Shown in pieces: positions 1 to 13,697 of a DNA stretch of 64,000 bases. The stretch spans positions 14,666,150 through 14,730,149 of the forward strand of contig NC_134026.1 in NCBI RefSeq assembly GCF_964204645.1. The letters run 5' to 3'. This DNA is from Tubulanus polymorphus (taxonomy: Eukaryota > Animalia > Nemertea). The notes under the pieces are model-generated. The model was not told where the DNA came from. It made no database searches and saw only the letters and a program-made list of their open reading frames with translations. The translations under genes and the position numbers were made by a program. Within the stretch, counting starts at the first letter, position 1. The number at the start of each line of letters is the position of its first letter.

Positions 1-1299
1 TAATGTCGCCCTCGTTTGCATATTGGTGTTTTTTTTACGCATGGCCCTTATCAGCCACCATATAAAAGCCTTAAGGTCGCGTAAAACTCGATAAACACTT
101 AAAGCGACACAGCGAACGATCTCCTTTCCCCCACAGCGAACGCTTAACCTAGTAGAGGCTACTAGCCTATGTAGGCCTATGTATATGCGTAGGCCTAACA
201 TCCGGACAGATTGGTCGTAGGCCTATTGAATAACAACCCACCTAAATATCGTAATTTTTGTTTTGAAGTTCAATCCAATGAGTCTGTTAATAAACGCAAC
301 AATTACACTGTGTTTGTTTGAGACAGTAAAGCTCAGTACCGGTAGGCCTAAAGCCGCGTCAAACTCGATAAACACTTCAAGCGACACAGGGAACAACCCC
401 TTTCCCCCACAGCGAACGCTTACTCCGAATGTCAAGTGTGAGTCCAGCATACGGAAAGGATTGTGTTATATACTTGTATTTAGTAAATACCTTATGCATT
501 TGACAATGATCGGTATGTACTGTAGGAAATATAGAGTATTGATGGTATTGATATAGATGTTGAAACCCGCGGCCGAATAAAGTAATATATTCTTTTATTT
601 TGATACCTCGTCGACATAACAGCTTTTCTCCGCTATATCTCTTCGGTGTGTTTCGTTTAGGCCTACGACTCCCCGGTACACTTATGATTTATCTTAGTAA
701 CAACACGGTTAATTTGATAAAGAAAAATAGGTATTGCTAAACTAAGTGCTTGACGCCCGCGGCCAAATCACTGGTAGTAATAAATTAATTTGTACTCGAT
801 TTGATTCTCATGATGAGGTGAAACTCGCAGCTGATCCCCGGAACGACGATGTAGTGACACACGTCGATTCGTCGATGTTTACGGCTCGACAGTGCTTTTA
901 AAATCTAAAGTAGTAAATCTTGTGTATAAGTAATATAATTTGATGAGGAAAATGGGTTACTGTTAAAATTAGTTTTTAAAAACCGCGACAGAATATGCAA
1001 TCTTTCGGTAATAAATTTGTTAATTTATGCTTGAATTGATAATTGATGTGACAAGAAACGTGCGGTAGATTTCGGAAAGAGGACTTAGAAAAACATGTCG
1101 GCTCTTTGAATGGGGCTCAATTTTCGATGTTTACGGCCCGACAGTGCTTTTGTTACGATGATTCTTCAAAATACGCACGGAGCATTTGTAGATCAAAGTG
1201 AGCTGAACGATATCAGACGGATCGTATCGACAACAGCGGCAAGGTAACAAAGCCTTTGTTCTTTTAGTAAAAATAGTGTGGAAGAAAATAATAATAATA
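1..1299 (-). mobile_element. Partial copy of composite non-autonomous Helentron/DINE-like element (tandem array member)
   Basis: Near-identical to 3508-4798 and 8608-9952, and to the reverse complement of 19960-21090; abuts the next copy's terminus AATATAGCTGCAAAGCAGCGATAACGGGTTTTCTG at ~1300. Confidence 0.7.
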
Positions 1300-1358
1300 A
1301 ATATAGCTGCAAAGCAGCGATAACGGGTTTTCTGCACAGTCTTAGAATCCTGTTCAAC

Positions 1359-1592
1359 GGTGGATTTCGACAAAGCATTTGATAAGGCACAACATCAGCC
1401 ATTACTAAACAGGCTATTAGGAAACAGTATCAATGATAGGTCGCCCAAATGGCTCAGCAGTTATCTCTGAACGAAAACTTGTAGCCGAAATCAACGGAAC
1501 GCCTCATCTTGGAATAAGTCGGTCAAACTAGTGGAGTCACGCAAGGTAGTATCCTAAGTTGTCTTCTGTTTAATGTCCTGACAAATGACATA
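1359..1592 (+). pseudogene. Non-LTR retrotransposon (CR1/L2/jockey-type) reverse transcriptase fragment carried inside the Helentron
   Basis: Reads VDFDKAFDKAQHQPLL...WLSSYL, then after frameshifts TSGVTQGSILSCLLFNVLTNDI; matches the LINE RT motifs DFxKAFD and GVPQGS. Repeated at ~4860-5092, ~14563-14790 and ~22635-22863(-). Confidence 0.8.
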
Positions 1593-2529
1593 CATAGTAA
1601 TCCAACATATACCAGACCGAGTAAATTTCCAAATCGACCTTAACACGCTGTTCGACTTAAAAACTTAATGTTCCAACAAGAAAATCTTGTTCGAATGAAA
1701 ATTATTCTGTTTGATCTAACAATACGCTTTTTCCTTGAACCAAAAATTTTCCTCATCCTGACAAAAAATGTGTTCGAATAAAAAGCTATGTTATTGTTGA
1801 AATGAAAAATTTTTAGTCCCGCCAAAAAAATTTGGTTGAGCGAAAACAATTTTTTCGAACCAATGTTTGAATAAAAACAATTCTGTTCGATTGAACGAAA
1901 TACTTAATACTTTCGGTTCGGAGAAAAAACTTTTTTCAATATACTTGTTCGAACGAAAAACTTAATGTTCTGACAAAAAATTCTGTTCAAATTAAAACGA
2001 TTCTGTTCAATTGAACGATTGTTCGAACGAAAAACCTTTCGTTTGGACAAAAAAAAGTTTGCACAACTTTGTTCTAACGATTTTTTCAAATTGGTTCAAT
2101 CGTATAGAATATCATTGGTTCGAACGAAATATATTTTGTTCCGACGAAAGAATTTTCAAGCGAAAGGTCTTTTGAACGAAAAAAAAAGATATTTCTGGTG
2201 CTCCGCAGTAACTTAAAACCGGACGTAGGTAGGTCTTGTGACACGATGCGATCCTCGCGTTGCATCGCAAGTTTCGGTGCATGTCGGTTGCAATACGATT
2301 GTGTCAGTTGGTTGTGACAGTCGTGTCGCATCGCAGAAAGTAGAACACGTACGACTCCATCTGACTGGCGTTGCTGAAAGTTGAGGACGCCAGTTATATG
2401 ACGACTGTACGGAAGCGATAAAGGGCCTCGAGTTGTCAGATTAATCAGATTAATCGACTTCAAAATAGGCGAAAGGATAAGTCTTTATTACGTTATTAAT
2501 TGGCCTAATTATTCAAAAGCTAATAGAGT

Positions 2530-3480
2530 GGGCGACAAAACCAAAAAAATGAATTGTCGCAGGCGATAAAACCAAAATAATGAATTGTCGCTGGCGATAA
2601 AACCAAAATATTGAATTGTCGCATCAGGCGATCAAACCAAAATATGGAAGTGTCGCAGGTGATAAAACCGCGACAAAAAAGAAATTGTCGCGGGTGATAA
2701 AACCAAAATAATGAATTGTCGCGGGCGATAAAACCAAAATATTGAATTGTCGTGGGCGACAAAACCAAAATATTGAATTGTCAAGGGCGACAAAACCAAA
2801 CTAATGAATTGTCACGGGCGATAAAACCAAAATAATCAATTGTCGAGGGCGATAAAACCAAAATATTGAATTGTCGAGGGCGACAAAACCGAAATATCGA
2901 ATTGTCGAGGGCGACAAAACCAAACTAATGAAATTTTGCGGGCGACAAAACCAAAATATTGAATTGTCGCATGGGACAAAACCAAAATATTGAATTGTCG
3001 CGAGCGACAAAACCAACCAAACTAATGAATTGTCGCAGCCGATAAAACCAAAATAATGAATTGTCGCGGGCGATAAAACCAAAATAATGAATTGTCGTTG
3101 GCGATTAAACTAAAATATTGAATTGTCGCATCAGACGATAAAACCAAAATATTGAAGTGTCGCAGGCGATAAAACCGCGACAAGAAAAATATTTTAGCGG
3201 GCGATAAAACCAAAATAATGAATTGTCGCGGGCGATAAAACCAAAATATTGAATTGTCGCAGGCGATAAAACCGCGACAAAAAAAAATTGTCGCGGGCGA
3301 TTAAACCAAAATAATGAATTGTCGCGGGCGATAAAACCAAAATATTGAATTGTCGTGGGCGACAAAACCAAAATATTGATTTGTCGCGGGTGACAAAACC
3401 AAATTAATGAATTGTCGCGGGCGATAAAACCAAAATAATGAATTGTCGCGGGCGACAAAACCAAAATTATTGTTTTGTCG
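2530..3480. repeat. 31-bp tandem satellite (unit ~GAATTGTCGCGGGCGATAAAACCAAAATAAT)
   Basis: About 30 diverged tandem units read directly; explains the MVLSPATIHYFGF pseudo-ORFs. Confidence 0.95.
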
Positions 3481-6146
3481 CGTTATTTTAGTTTTGTCGT
3501 TTTGTCATAATGTCGCCCTCATTTGCATATACGTGTTTTTTTTACACATGGCCCTTATCAGCCACCATACTTAAGCCTTAAGGTCGCGTAAAACTCGATA
3601 AACACTTCAAGCGACACAGCGAACGATCTCCTTTCCCCCACAGCGAACGCTTAACGCTACTAGCCTATGTAGGCCTATGTTTATGCGTAGGCCTAACATC
3701 CGGACAGATTGGTCGTAGGCCTATTGAATAACAACCCACCTAAATATCGTAAATTTTGTTTTGAAGTTCAATCCAATGAGTCCGTTAATAAACGCAACAA
3801 TTATACTGTGTTTGTTTGAGACAGTAAAGCTCATAGCACCGGTAGGCCTAAAGCCGCGTCATACTCGATAACACAAGCGACACAGCGAACGATCCCTTTC
3901 CCCCACAGCGAATGCTTACTCCGAATGTCAAGTGTGAGTCCAGCATACAGAAAGGATTGTGTTATATACTTGTATTTAGTAAATTCCTTGTGCATTTGAC
4001 AATGATCGGTATGTACTGTAGGAAATATAGAGTATTGATGGTATTGATATAGAGGTTGAAGCCCGCGGCCGATTAAAGTAATATATTCTCTTATTTTGAT
4101 ACCTCGTCGACATAACAGCTTTTCTCCGCTATATCTCTTCGGCGTATCTACTTTAGGCCTACGACTCCCCGGTACACTTATGATTTATCTTAGTAAATAC
4201 ACGGTTAATTTGATAAAGAAAAAATAGGTATTGCTAAACGAACTGCCTGAAGCCCGCGGCCAAATCACTGGTAGTAATAAATTAATTTGTACTCGATTTG
4301 ATTCTCATGATGAGGTGAAACTCGCAGCTGATCCCCGGAACGACGATGTAGTGACACACGTCAATTTGTCGATGTTTATGGCTCGACAGTGCTTTTAAAA
4401 TCTAAAGTAGTAAATTTCCTGTGGATCGGTAATATGATTTGATGAGGAAATTGGGCTATTGTTAGAATTAGTTTTTTAAAACCGCGACAGAATGTGCAAT
4501 CTTTGGGTAATAAATTTGTTAATTTATGCTTTAATTGATAATCGACGTGACAAGAAACGTGCGGTAGATTTCGGAAAGACGACTTAGAAAAACATGTCGG
4601 CTCTTTGAATGGAACTCAATTTTCGATGTTCACGGCCCGACAGTGCTTTTGTAACGTTGATTCTTCAAAATTCGCACGGAGCATTTGTAGATTGAAATGA
4701 GCTGAATGATATCAGACGGATTGTATCGGCAACAGCGGCAATGTAAAAAAGCCTATGTACTTTTGACAAAAAAGTGTGGAAAAAAATAATAAAATTATTA
4801 ATATAGCTGCAAAGCAGCGATAACGGGTTTTCTGCACAGTCTTAGAATCCTGTTCAACGGTGGATTTCGACAAAGCATTTGATAAGGCACAACATCAGCC
4901 ATTACTAAACAGGCTATTAGGAAACAGTATCAATGATAGGTCGCCCAAATGGCTCAGCAGTTATCTCTGAACGAAAACTTGTAGCCGAAATCAACGGAAC
5001 GCCTCATCTTGGAATAAGTCGGTCAAACTAGTGGAGTCACGCAAGGTAGTATCCTAAGTTGTCTTCTGTTTAATGTCCTGACAAATGACATACACAGTAA
5101 TCCAACATATACCAAACCGAGTAAATTTCCAAATCGACCTTAAAACGCTGTTCGACTTAAAAACTTAATGTTCCAACAAGAAAATCTTGTTCGAATGAAA
5201 ATTATTCTGTTTGATCGAACAATACGCTTTTTGCTTGAACCAAAAATTTTCTTCATCCTGACAAAAAATGTGTTCGAATAAAAAGCTATGATATTGTTGA
5301 AATGAAAAATTTTTAGTCCCGGCAAAAAAATTTGGTTGAGCGAAAACAATTTTTTCGAACCAATGTTTGAATGAAAACAATTCTGTTCGATTGAACGAAA
5401 TACTTAATACTTTCGGTTCGGAGAAAAAACTTTTTTCAATATACTTGTTCGAACGAAAAACTTAATGTTCTGACAAGAAAATTCTGTTCAAATTTGAACG
5501 ATTGTTCGAACGAAAAACCTTTCGTTTGGACAAAAAAAGTTTGTTCAACTTTGTTTTAACGATTTTTTCAAATTGGTTCAATTGTATAGAATATTATTGG
5601 TTCGAACGAAATAAATTATGTTCCGACGAAAGAATTTTCAAGCAAAGGTCTTTTGAACGAAAAAAAAAGATAATTTCTGGTGCTCCGCAGTAACTTAAAG
5701 CCAGACGTAGGTTGTTCTTGTGACACGATGCGATCCTCGCGTTGCATCGAAAGTTTCGATGCAAGTCGCTTGCAATACGATTGTGTGCGACTAGTTTCTG
5801 CCAGTCGCAAGAGCGCGTCGGTTGGTTGTGACAGTCGTGTCGCGTCGCAGAAAGTAGAACACCTACGACTCCATGTGACTGGCGTTGCTGAAAGATGAGG
5901 ACGCCAGTGATATGACGACTGAGTTTCAAGTCGTCAAAACGTCACGATATGTCGACATATTCATGTCGAATTGATGCGATATGTCGACATAAATATGGCT
6001 ACTTGTCGAGTTGGAACGCAACAACTCGAGGCCCTTTATCGCTTCCGTAGATCTTTCATTAAGTAGGATCACTTGAATGATCGCTTTAATATCACTTTAA
6101 AAAAATAAGAATCTGCCAAAATGACCTTAATATTCGACACTATATC

Positions 6147-6562
6147 TACGGAAGCGATAAGGGGCCTCGAGATGACGCGTTCCAACTCGACAAGTCGCCA
6201 TATTATTGTCGACATACCGCGATGTATCGCGTCAAGTCGACATGAATATGTCGATATATCGTGACGTTTTGACGACATATTTCGTTTTCTCAACCATTTT
6301 CCTCGCGACAAGTCGACATATTCATGACGACTTGAAACTCAGTCGTCATATTACTGGCGTCCTCATCTTACATTTAGACATGTATTCAAATGACGGCTTG
6401 TCCCGTGGAAAATGAGCAAATAAACGAAATTTGTCGTGAAAACGTCACGATATGTAGACATATTCATGTGGACTTGACACGATATATCGCGATAAATCGA
6501 CATAAATATGGCGACTTGTCGAGTTTGAACATGACAACTCGAGGCCCTTTATCGCTTCCGTA
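6147..6562. mobile_element. MITE with ~25-bp TIRs and 7-bp TSD
   Basis: TIRs TACGGAAGCGATAAGGGGCCTCGAG / CTCGAGGCCCTTTATCGCTTCCGTA, flanked on both sides by CTATATC; related ends at ~2408 and ~6026-6049. Confidence 0.8.
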
Positions 6563-6649
6563 CTATATCAGATTAATCGACTTCAAAATAGGCGAAAGCA
6601 TAAGTCTTTATTACGTTATTAATTGGCCTAATTATTCAAAAGCTAATAA

Positions 6650-8580
6650 TGTGGGCGACAAAACCAAAAAAATTAATTGTCGCGGGCGATAAAACCAAAA
6701 TAATCAATTGTCGCTGGCGATAAAACCAAAATATTGAATTGTCGTGGGCGATAAAATCAAAGTATTGTTTTGACGCGGGTGACAAAACCAAATTAATGAA
6801 TTGTCGCGGGCGATAAAACCAAAATAATGAATTGTCGCGGGCGATAAAACCAAAATCTTGAATTGTCGTGGGCGATAAAATCAAAGTATTGTTTTGACGC
6901 GGGTGACAAAACCAAATTAATGAAGTGTCGCGGGCGATAAAACCAAAATAATGAATTGTCGCGGGCGATAAAACCAAAATATTGAATTGTCGTGGGCGAT
7001 AAAATCAAAGTATTGTTTTGACGCGGGTGACAAAACCAAATTAATGAATTGTCGCGGGCGATAAAACCAAAATAATGAATTGTCGCGGGCGATAAAACCA
7101 AAATAATGAATTGTCGCGGGCGATAAAACCAAAATCTTGAATTGTCGCGGGCGAAAAAACCAAACTAATGAATTGTTGCGGGCGATAAAACCAAAATAAT
7201 GAAATGCGCGGGCGATAAAACCGCGACAAAAAAAAAATTGTCGCGGGCGATAAAACCAAAATAATCAATTGTCGCGGGCGATAAAACGAAAATAATGAAT
7301 TGTCGCGGGCGATAAAACCAAAATATTGAATTGGCATGAGCGACAGAACCAAAATATTGATTTATCGCGGGTGACAAAACCAAATTAATGAATTGTCGCA
7401 GGTGACAAAACCAAATTAATGAATTGTCGCGGGCAATAAAACCAAAATCTTGAATTGTCGTGGGCGATAAAATCAAAGTATTGTTTTGACGCGGGTGACA
7501 AAACCAAATTAATGAATTGTCGCGGGCGATAAAACCAAAATAATGAATTGTCGCGGGCGATAAAACCAAAATATTGAATTGTCGTGGGCGATAAAATCAA
7601 AGTGTTGTTTTGACGCGGGTGACAAAACCAAATTAATGAATTGTCGCGGGCGATAAAACCAAAATAATGAATTGTCGCGGGCGATAAAACCAAAATATTG
7701 AATTGTCGTGGGCGATAAAATCAAAGTATTGTTTTGACGCGGGTGACAAAACCAAATTAATGAATTGTCGCGGGCGATAAAACCAAAATAATGAAATGTC
7801 GCGGGCGATAAAACCAAAATCTTGAATTGTCGTGGGCGATAAAATCAAAGTATTGTTTTGACGCGGGTGACAAAACCAAATTAATGAATTGTCGCGGGCG
7901 ATAAAACCAAAATAATGAATTGTCGCGGGCGATAAAACCAAAATATTGAATTGTCGTGGGCGATAAAATCAAAGTGTTGTTTTGACGCGGGTGACAAAAC
8001 CAAATTAATGAATTGTCGCGGGCGATAAAACCAAAATAATGAATTGTCGCGGGCGATAAAACCAAAATATTGAATTGTCGTGGGCGATAAAATCAAAGTA
8101 TTGTTTTGACGCGGGTGACAAAACCAAATTAATGAATTGTCGCGGGCGATAAAACCGAAATAATGAATTGTCGCGGGCGATAAAACCAAAATCTTGAATT
8201 GTCGCGGGCGAAAAAACCAAACTAATGAATTGTTGCGGGCGATAAAACCAAAATAATGAAATGCGCGGGCGATAAAACCGCGACAAAAAAAAAATTGTCG
8301 CGGGCGATAAAACCAAAATAATCAATTGTCGCGGGCGATAAAACGAAAATAATGAATTGTCGCGGGCGATAAAACCAAAATATTGAATTGGCATGAGCGA
8401 CAGAACCAAAATATTGATTTATCGCGGGTGACAAAACCAAATTAATGAATTGTCGCAGGTGACAAAACCAAATTAATGAATTGTCGCAGGCGATAAAACC
8501 AAAATAATGAATTGTCGCTGGCGATAAAACCAAAATAATGAATTGTCGCGGGCGACAAAACCAAAATTATTGTTTTGTCG
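6650..8580. repeat. 31-bp tandem satellite with 124-bp higher-order period
   Basis: About 60 units; near-identical pseudo-ORFs recur every 124 bp (7385, 7509, 7633, 7757, 7881, 8005). Confidence 0.95.
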
Positions 8581-11243
8581 CATTATTTTAGTTTTGTCGT
8601 TTTGTCATAATGTCGCCCTCATTTGCATATACGTGTTTTTTTTACGCATGGCCCTTATCAGCCACCATACTAAAGCCTTAAGGTCGCGTAAAACTCGATA
8701 AACACTTCAAGCGACACAGCAAACGATCTCCTTTCCCCCACAGCGAACGCTTAACCTAGTAGAGGCTACTAGCCTATGTATATGCGTAGGCCTAACATCC
8801 GGACAGATTGGTCGTAGGCCTATTGAATTTAACAACCCACCTAAATATCGTAAATTTTGTTTTGAAGTTCAATCCAATGAGTCCGTTAATAAACGCAACA
8901 ATTGTACTGTGTTTGTTTGAGACAGTAAAGCTCAGTACCGGTAGGCCTAAAGCCGCGTAAAACTCGATAAACACTTCAAGCGACACAGCGAACGATCCCT
9001 TTCCCCCACAGCGAACGCTTACTCCGAATGTCAAGTGTGAGTCCAGCATACGGAAAGGATTATGTGTTATATACTTGTATTTAGTAAATACCTTGTGCAT
9101 TTGACAATGATCGGTATGTACTGTAGGAAATATAGAGTATTGATGGTATTGATATAGAGGTTGAAGCCCGCGGCCGAATAAAGTAATATATTCTTTTATT
9201 TTGATACCTCGTCGACATAACAGCTTTTCTCCGCTATATCTCTTCGGCGTGTTTAGTTTAGGCCTACGATTCCTCGGTACACTAAAGATTTATCTTAGTA
9301 AATACTCGGTTAATTCGGTAAAGAAAAATAGGTATTGTTATACTAACTCCTTGAAACCCGCAGCCAAATTACTGGTAGTAATAAATTAATTTGTACTCGA
9401 TTTGATTCTCATGATGAGGAGAAACTCGCAGCTGATCCCCGGAACGACGATGTAGTAACACACGTCGATTCGTCGATGTTCACGGCTCGACAGTGCTTTT
9501 AAAATCTAAAGTAGTAAATTTCCAGTGTATCGGTAATATGATTTGATGAGGAAAATGGGCTATTGTTAAAATCACTGTTTGAAGACCGCGACTGAATTTG
9601 AAGTCTGCGGCAATAAATTAGTTCATTTATACTTGAATTGATAATCGAAGTGACAGTCGGCCTGCGGGTTGATTTCGGGATGACGACTCGAAAAACATGT
9701 CGCCCCATTGAATGGGCCTAAATTTTCGATGTTTACGGCCCGACAGCGCTTTTGTAACGATGATTCGTGAAAAAACACGCGGGCTATTTGTAGATCTCAG
9801 TGAGCTGAACGATATTATATGGATTGTATATGAAACAGCGGTAAGGTAACAAAGCCTATGTTCTTTTGGTAAAAATAGTGTGGAAGAAAATAATAATAAT
9901 AATAATCACGCGGATATCAATAGGGTTTTCTGTGAAATAACAGAAAACCCTAAATATAACTGCAAAGCAGCGATAACGGGTTTTCTGCACAGTCTTTGAA
10001 TCCTGTTCAATGGTTAATACAGTTTTATAAGAGGAAGCTCGACAAACAGTCAATTAGACCTTCTTGAAACCATGGACAACTGAACCAGATGTCCTATTTG
10101 TCTCTGGAAAATCGACTGTTAGGCGACGGTTCCTGAACTTCGCTGAAAAAGCTGAAACACTGAAAAGCTGAAATAAAAACGCTGAAATTTCAGGGAATTT
10201 CCGAAAAAACGCCGAAATTTCAGGGAATTCCCGAAAAACGCTGAAATCGTGCTAGGTCCCGACAATACACGTTTTGAAATGTTTTCGGGGCCGGTGTCCG
10301 CTGACGAGTCCTGAACCGTGTTTTATGCTCTACCTTGGGTTACAGAGACATGCCTTAAGGTCGTCGTCATGTTCGACTTGATCGATTGCGGATTGGCAAT
10401 TTGGTTGAAGTTTGCCTGTGAACGGAATCTTTTGACGAGCTAATGCTATACAGTGTGAGTAGGTTCGAATCCCATTTTGTGCTTCGGGCGCAATTTATAC
10501 CTACTTTGCGGTCTGTTCATAGCGTACAATCATAGCTTCCAACTGTAATTTCCACTCATGCTACGGTTATTGCCGTTGTTTAATTAAACCCCAAAAGTTT
10601 GATTTTTGGTTCTGGCCGTGGAGAATAGAATACACGGAATTTAGAGAATTGGACAATCTACCGCCACGACTGAAACCTCTAAGTGAAGATCGAAACAATA
10701 CAGTAATACTTTTTCACGTTTGAAATTTATTTTATCAATAAGAAAAATGAATAGCAAAAAACAAAAACTTGACAATAATCAAAATAAAAACGATTTACGT
10801 TGCTCAAAAGATTAAAAAATTCGATAAATTCGGATCACCAGCAGGGGATGGGAAATTTTGTCAATTGAACGAAATGCGAATAATGTGTTTTCGAACTTAA
10901 AAACGTTTTTCACTAGCAAAACGTTTTCTGTTTCTTTGATTAAATTTGATTTAATGTTTCTTTGATTTCTTTGATTTAATGTTATTAATTTACAGTAGGC
11001 CTACCGGCCCTACACCAAGACGAAATCATTTTAGAAAGCACCATGGTGCCTTCTAAAGCCTCACGGAAAATTATCGTAATAAATGGATTCCGTATCCTAT
11101 ATTTACAGTGAATCAAGAGGTTTTAAACCTATATCTAATGCACATAGAACCAAAGTCAGTGCGACTTATAATAAAAATAAACTGTAAATTATCATGTGAG
11201 TTATCATTTGACATCAACCGATATCAGTTTTTGTATCGGCTAA

Positions 11244-11425
11244 AGCCCAACGCACACGGCAAAACATTTGTTTAGCCGAAACAGAAAACGTTTTTCAGAA
11301 AACGTTTTTGCTAGTTTTTAAGTTCGGCGTTTTGTTTTGCCTCCCCCGCACACGGCATAACAAAAAAAAAACGTTTTTTTCACGAGGAAAAAACGTTTTT
11401 TTTTCGGTGCCGTGTGCGTTGGGCT
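11244..11425. mobile_element. PIF/Harbinger (Tourist-like) MITE
   Basis: TIR AGCCCAACGCACACGGCA / TGCCGTGTGCGTTGGGCT with TAA on both sides. Confidence 0.8.
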
Positions 11426-12801
11426 TAATGATATACGTTGTTTCTCATAATCAGCTGAAATGATTCTTAATTTGTAAACTGCAATAAAATTTGAAATCAG
11501 TTCCTGCCAGGTCTGCAATTTTTGTAGTACCTTCATGGCAAAAAGTAATAGGGGAGATGTGGAAGAGTACAGAGCTACGTATTACAGAGCTATTCGTCCG
11601 TGCCCAAGAGAACGGTAGACCATGTGTAGTTTGAGACCAAGAAATATACCCCGATTTAGAAGTCCAACTTTGAATAAGCAACCGTTTTCTTAAAACTACT
11701 AATTTTCTCCTACGCGGAATATTTAATCAACATCTACAAATGCATCTAAAGATACTGAAATAATTCGGTTTTATTTTTCTAGTCTTATACTCTAACCACA
11801 ACTAAAGGACGGTTGACTGTTGTTTCTCGATTTCAAGCTAGGAACAGGAGTCGGAATCGGGAAGTTGGAAGTAGGCCTACTGAGGCGAGGTCCGACTTAG
11901 AAAACCCTATACATTCAGAATTTCTTGGAATAATCATAACACCCCCTGAGACAATGTGTCAATTTCAGTGGTACATTGGTAGTGGAGTTAATCCTTCCGT
12001 GAAAGTGAACACGGGCACCGTAGCACGACAATCCTAAAATGAAATATCACAAAACAACCTTTTAAGAAACATTCGAACTCGCCTGAATTATCATTTGGAT
12101 GATTTATCAACATAATGACAGTTTTAAATTACCAGAAAAGCTAGTTAGCCTAATATTAAATTTCGTTTATCGTACCGAAGGTACGTTCGGCAAATCTTTC
12201 CAGATCCGTTCTAACTTACGATAGCTGAAATCACAGGAAAAAGATATTTCCTGCAAGTTAATAATTTGTGCCCAAAAAGGTCAAAGAAATTCTGAAAGAC
12301 ATCACTACTTTTCAGCTGTACCAAAGTATACGGTGCCAACTTGACTTACTCCTGCGCTGCATCTATGAACCCTGCATAGATTTCGAATGACGCGCTCGTG
12401 GTACCGGGATTAGATCTGTAGAAGTAACATTAGCAATAAATGGTGAATGTTGAACCTGGTACTATCATTCACGGTACCGCTTCATTCCGTTCACAGGCAA
12501 ACATCATCCTTTTATAGATTCAGTGGTAGTCTAAAAATAAGAATCGGTACATTTTTCTAACAGTTGGTAGGCCTATGTCATTTCTTTAAAAAAAACTAAT
12601 TATTGTCACACCACAGCAAATAAATTATTCACAGTTATTGAATGGTTTGCCCGATTTAGATGGTTGACGCTAATCAGTATGACCCATACGTAGGGGCCTA
12701 CTGCATGCCGTTGGCGTCAATCCATTCCATTCCACAGTGATTTAAAAAGAAATTTAGTTAGATCCCTTTTGTCCAAAAGCTGCATCATTTATATAACTAG
12801 C

Positions 12802-13697
12802 TGTCAAATTTAATTTACCTCCTTCAGAGAATACCGATACGCCGGTCACAATCCTCTCCTTAGTCGTATAATAATATAAGCAATAATCGGTCCCTGGCGA
12901 GAGAACGTGTCCGCGCACAAACCCAAGTAAACTAGAATACCGGAAATTTTGAATGGATATAACAATACAAGATGAATTTATTTACCTTAATATTTAAACA
13001 CAGCTCTCCAGTTAAACACAATCCAAATCCTAGCTCTAAATTCCTATTGCACTCTCCGGCTGGTAACCCGTCCTGAATCAAGTCCCAAACAAGCTTTTAG
13101 CAAGTAACTATCGAATCTCTATCGAGTGTCTTTTGAGTGTCTACCGAGTGTCTGCTCTCTCAAGATTCGGGTCCCTTTTATAGAAAGAATCGGCATTCTT
13201 AATATACCGACTCTCCCACTCGACTTTTGGCAAGGAGCAGCAACCTAACTGTCATGACTGTTTTGGTCATATAAAATTTAGCCTTAATGATTCGCTGATC
13301 TTATATTATTTGAGAAACTGATTTTCCTTCCAACCCTCCTGTCATGACGCGGAATGATTTACTCACTCCTTGCTTATCATCGTTGAGAGAACAGCTATTC
13401 TCTGCGAGTTACCAACAGCCGTATACAACAAGAGAAACTTTAGAGAGCTAGTATTATCATTTACCACAAATTAATTTTCTTAAAACTTTAGCGATTATAG
13501 AGACTTTATTCTCAATTAACATCTAGGATATTCCAATTAAATATATTTTCGAAACTTTAGTATTTGTCTCAAATTACGGTACCACTGATTATTTCTTTTT
13601 GAATCATTATAAATACTTTTGATTCGGAACTTCATTATGATCCATTATCTCTCTTAAAATCATTCTATAACTGTTATACTAAATAAATTTGATTACA
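12802..13697 (-). mobile_element. Possible solo LTR
   Basis: TG...CA ends with short imperfect inverted repeat (TGTCAAATTTAATTT / AAATAAATTTGATTACA); minus-strand TATAAAAG at ~13175-13182 and AATAAA at ~12977-12982; no clear TSD. Confidence 0.4.

Larger units (their letters stand above)
1300..4798 (-). mobile_element. Composite Helentron/DINE-like element copy B (with 31-bp satellite insert)
   Basis: Begins with the reverse complement of the hairpin end CAGAAAACCCGTTATCGCTGCTTTGCAGCTATATT; same module order (RT scrap, TTCGAA-rich module, MITE piece, core) as 19876-22924. Confidence 0.7.
4799..9952 (-). mobile_element. Composite Helentron/DINE-like element copy C (expanded satellite)
   Basis: Hairpin terminus at ~4800; palindromic terminus TAGGGTTTTCTGTGAAATAACAGAAAACCCTA at ~9921-9952. 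Confidence 0.7.

Noticed and set aside
1610-2200. TTCGAA-rich module as heat-shock element array
   Set aside because: It is an internal module of a repeated element; spacing does not consistently match nGAAn arrays and no linked gene is seen
2520-8533. Many MVLSPATIHYFGF ORFs
   Set aside because: Translation artefacts of the 31-bp satellite with TTG starts
10440-10490. tRNA-like GGTTCGAATCC
   Set aside because: Isolated B box without supporting stems
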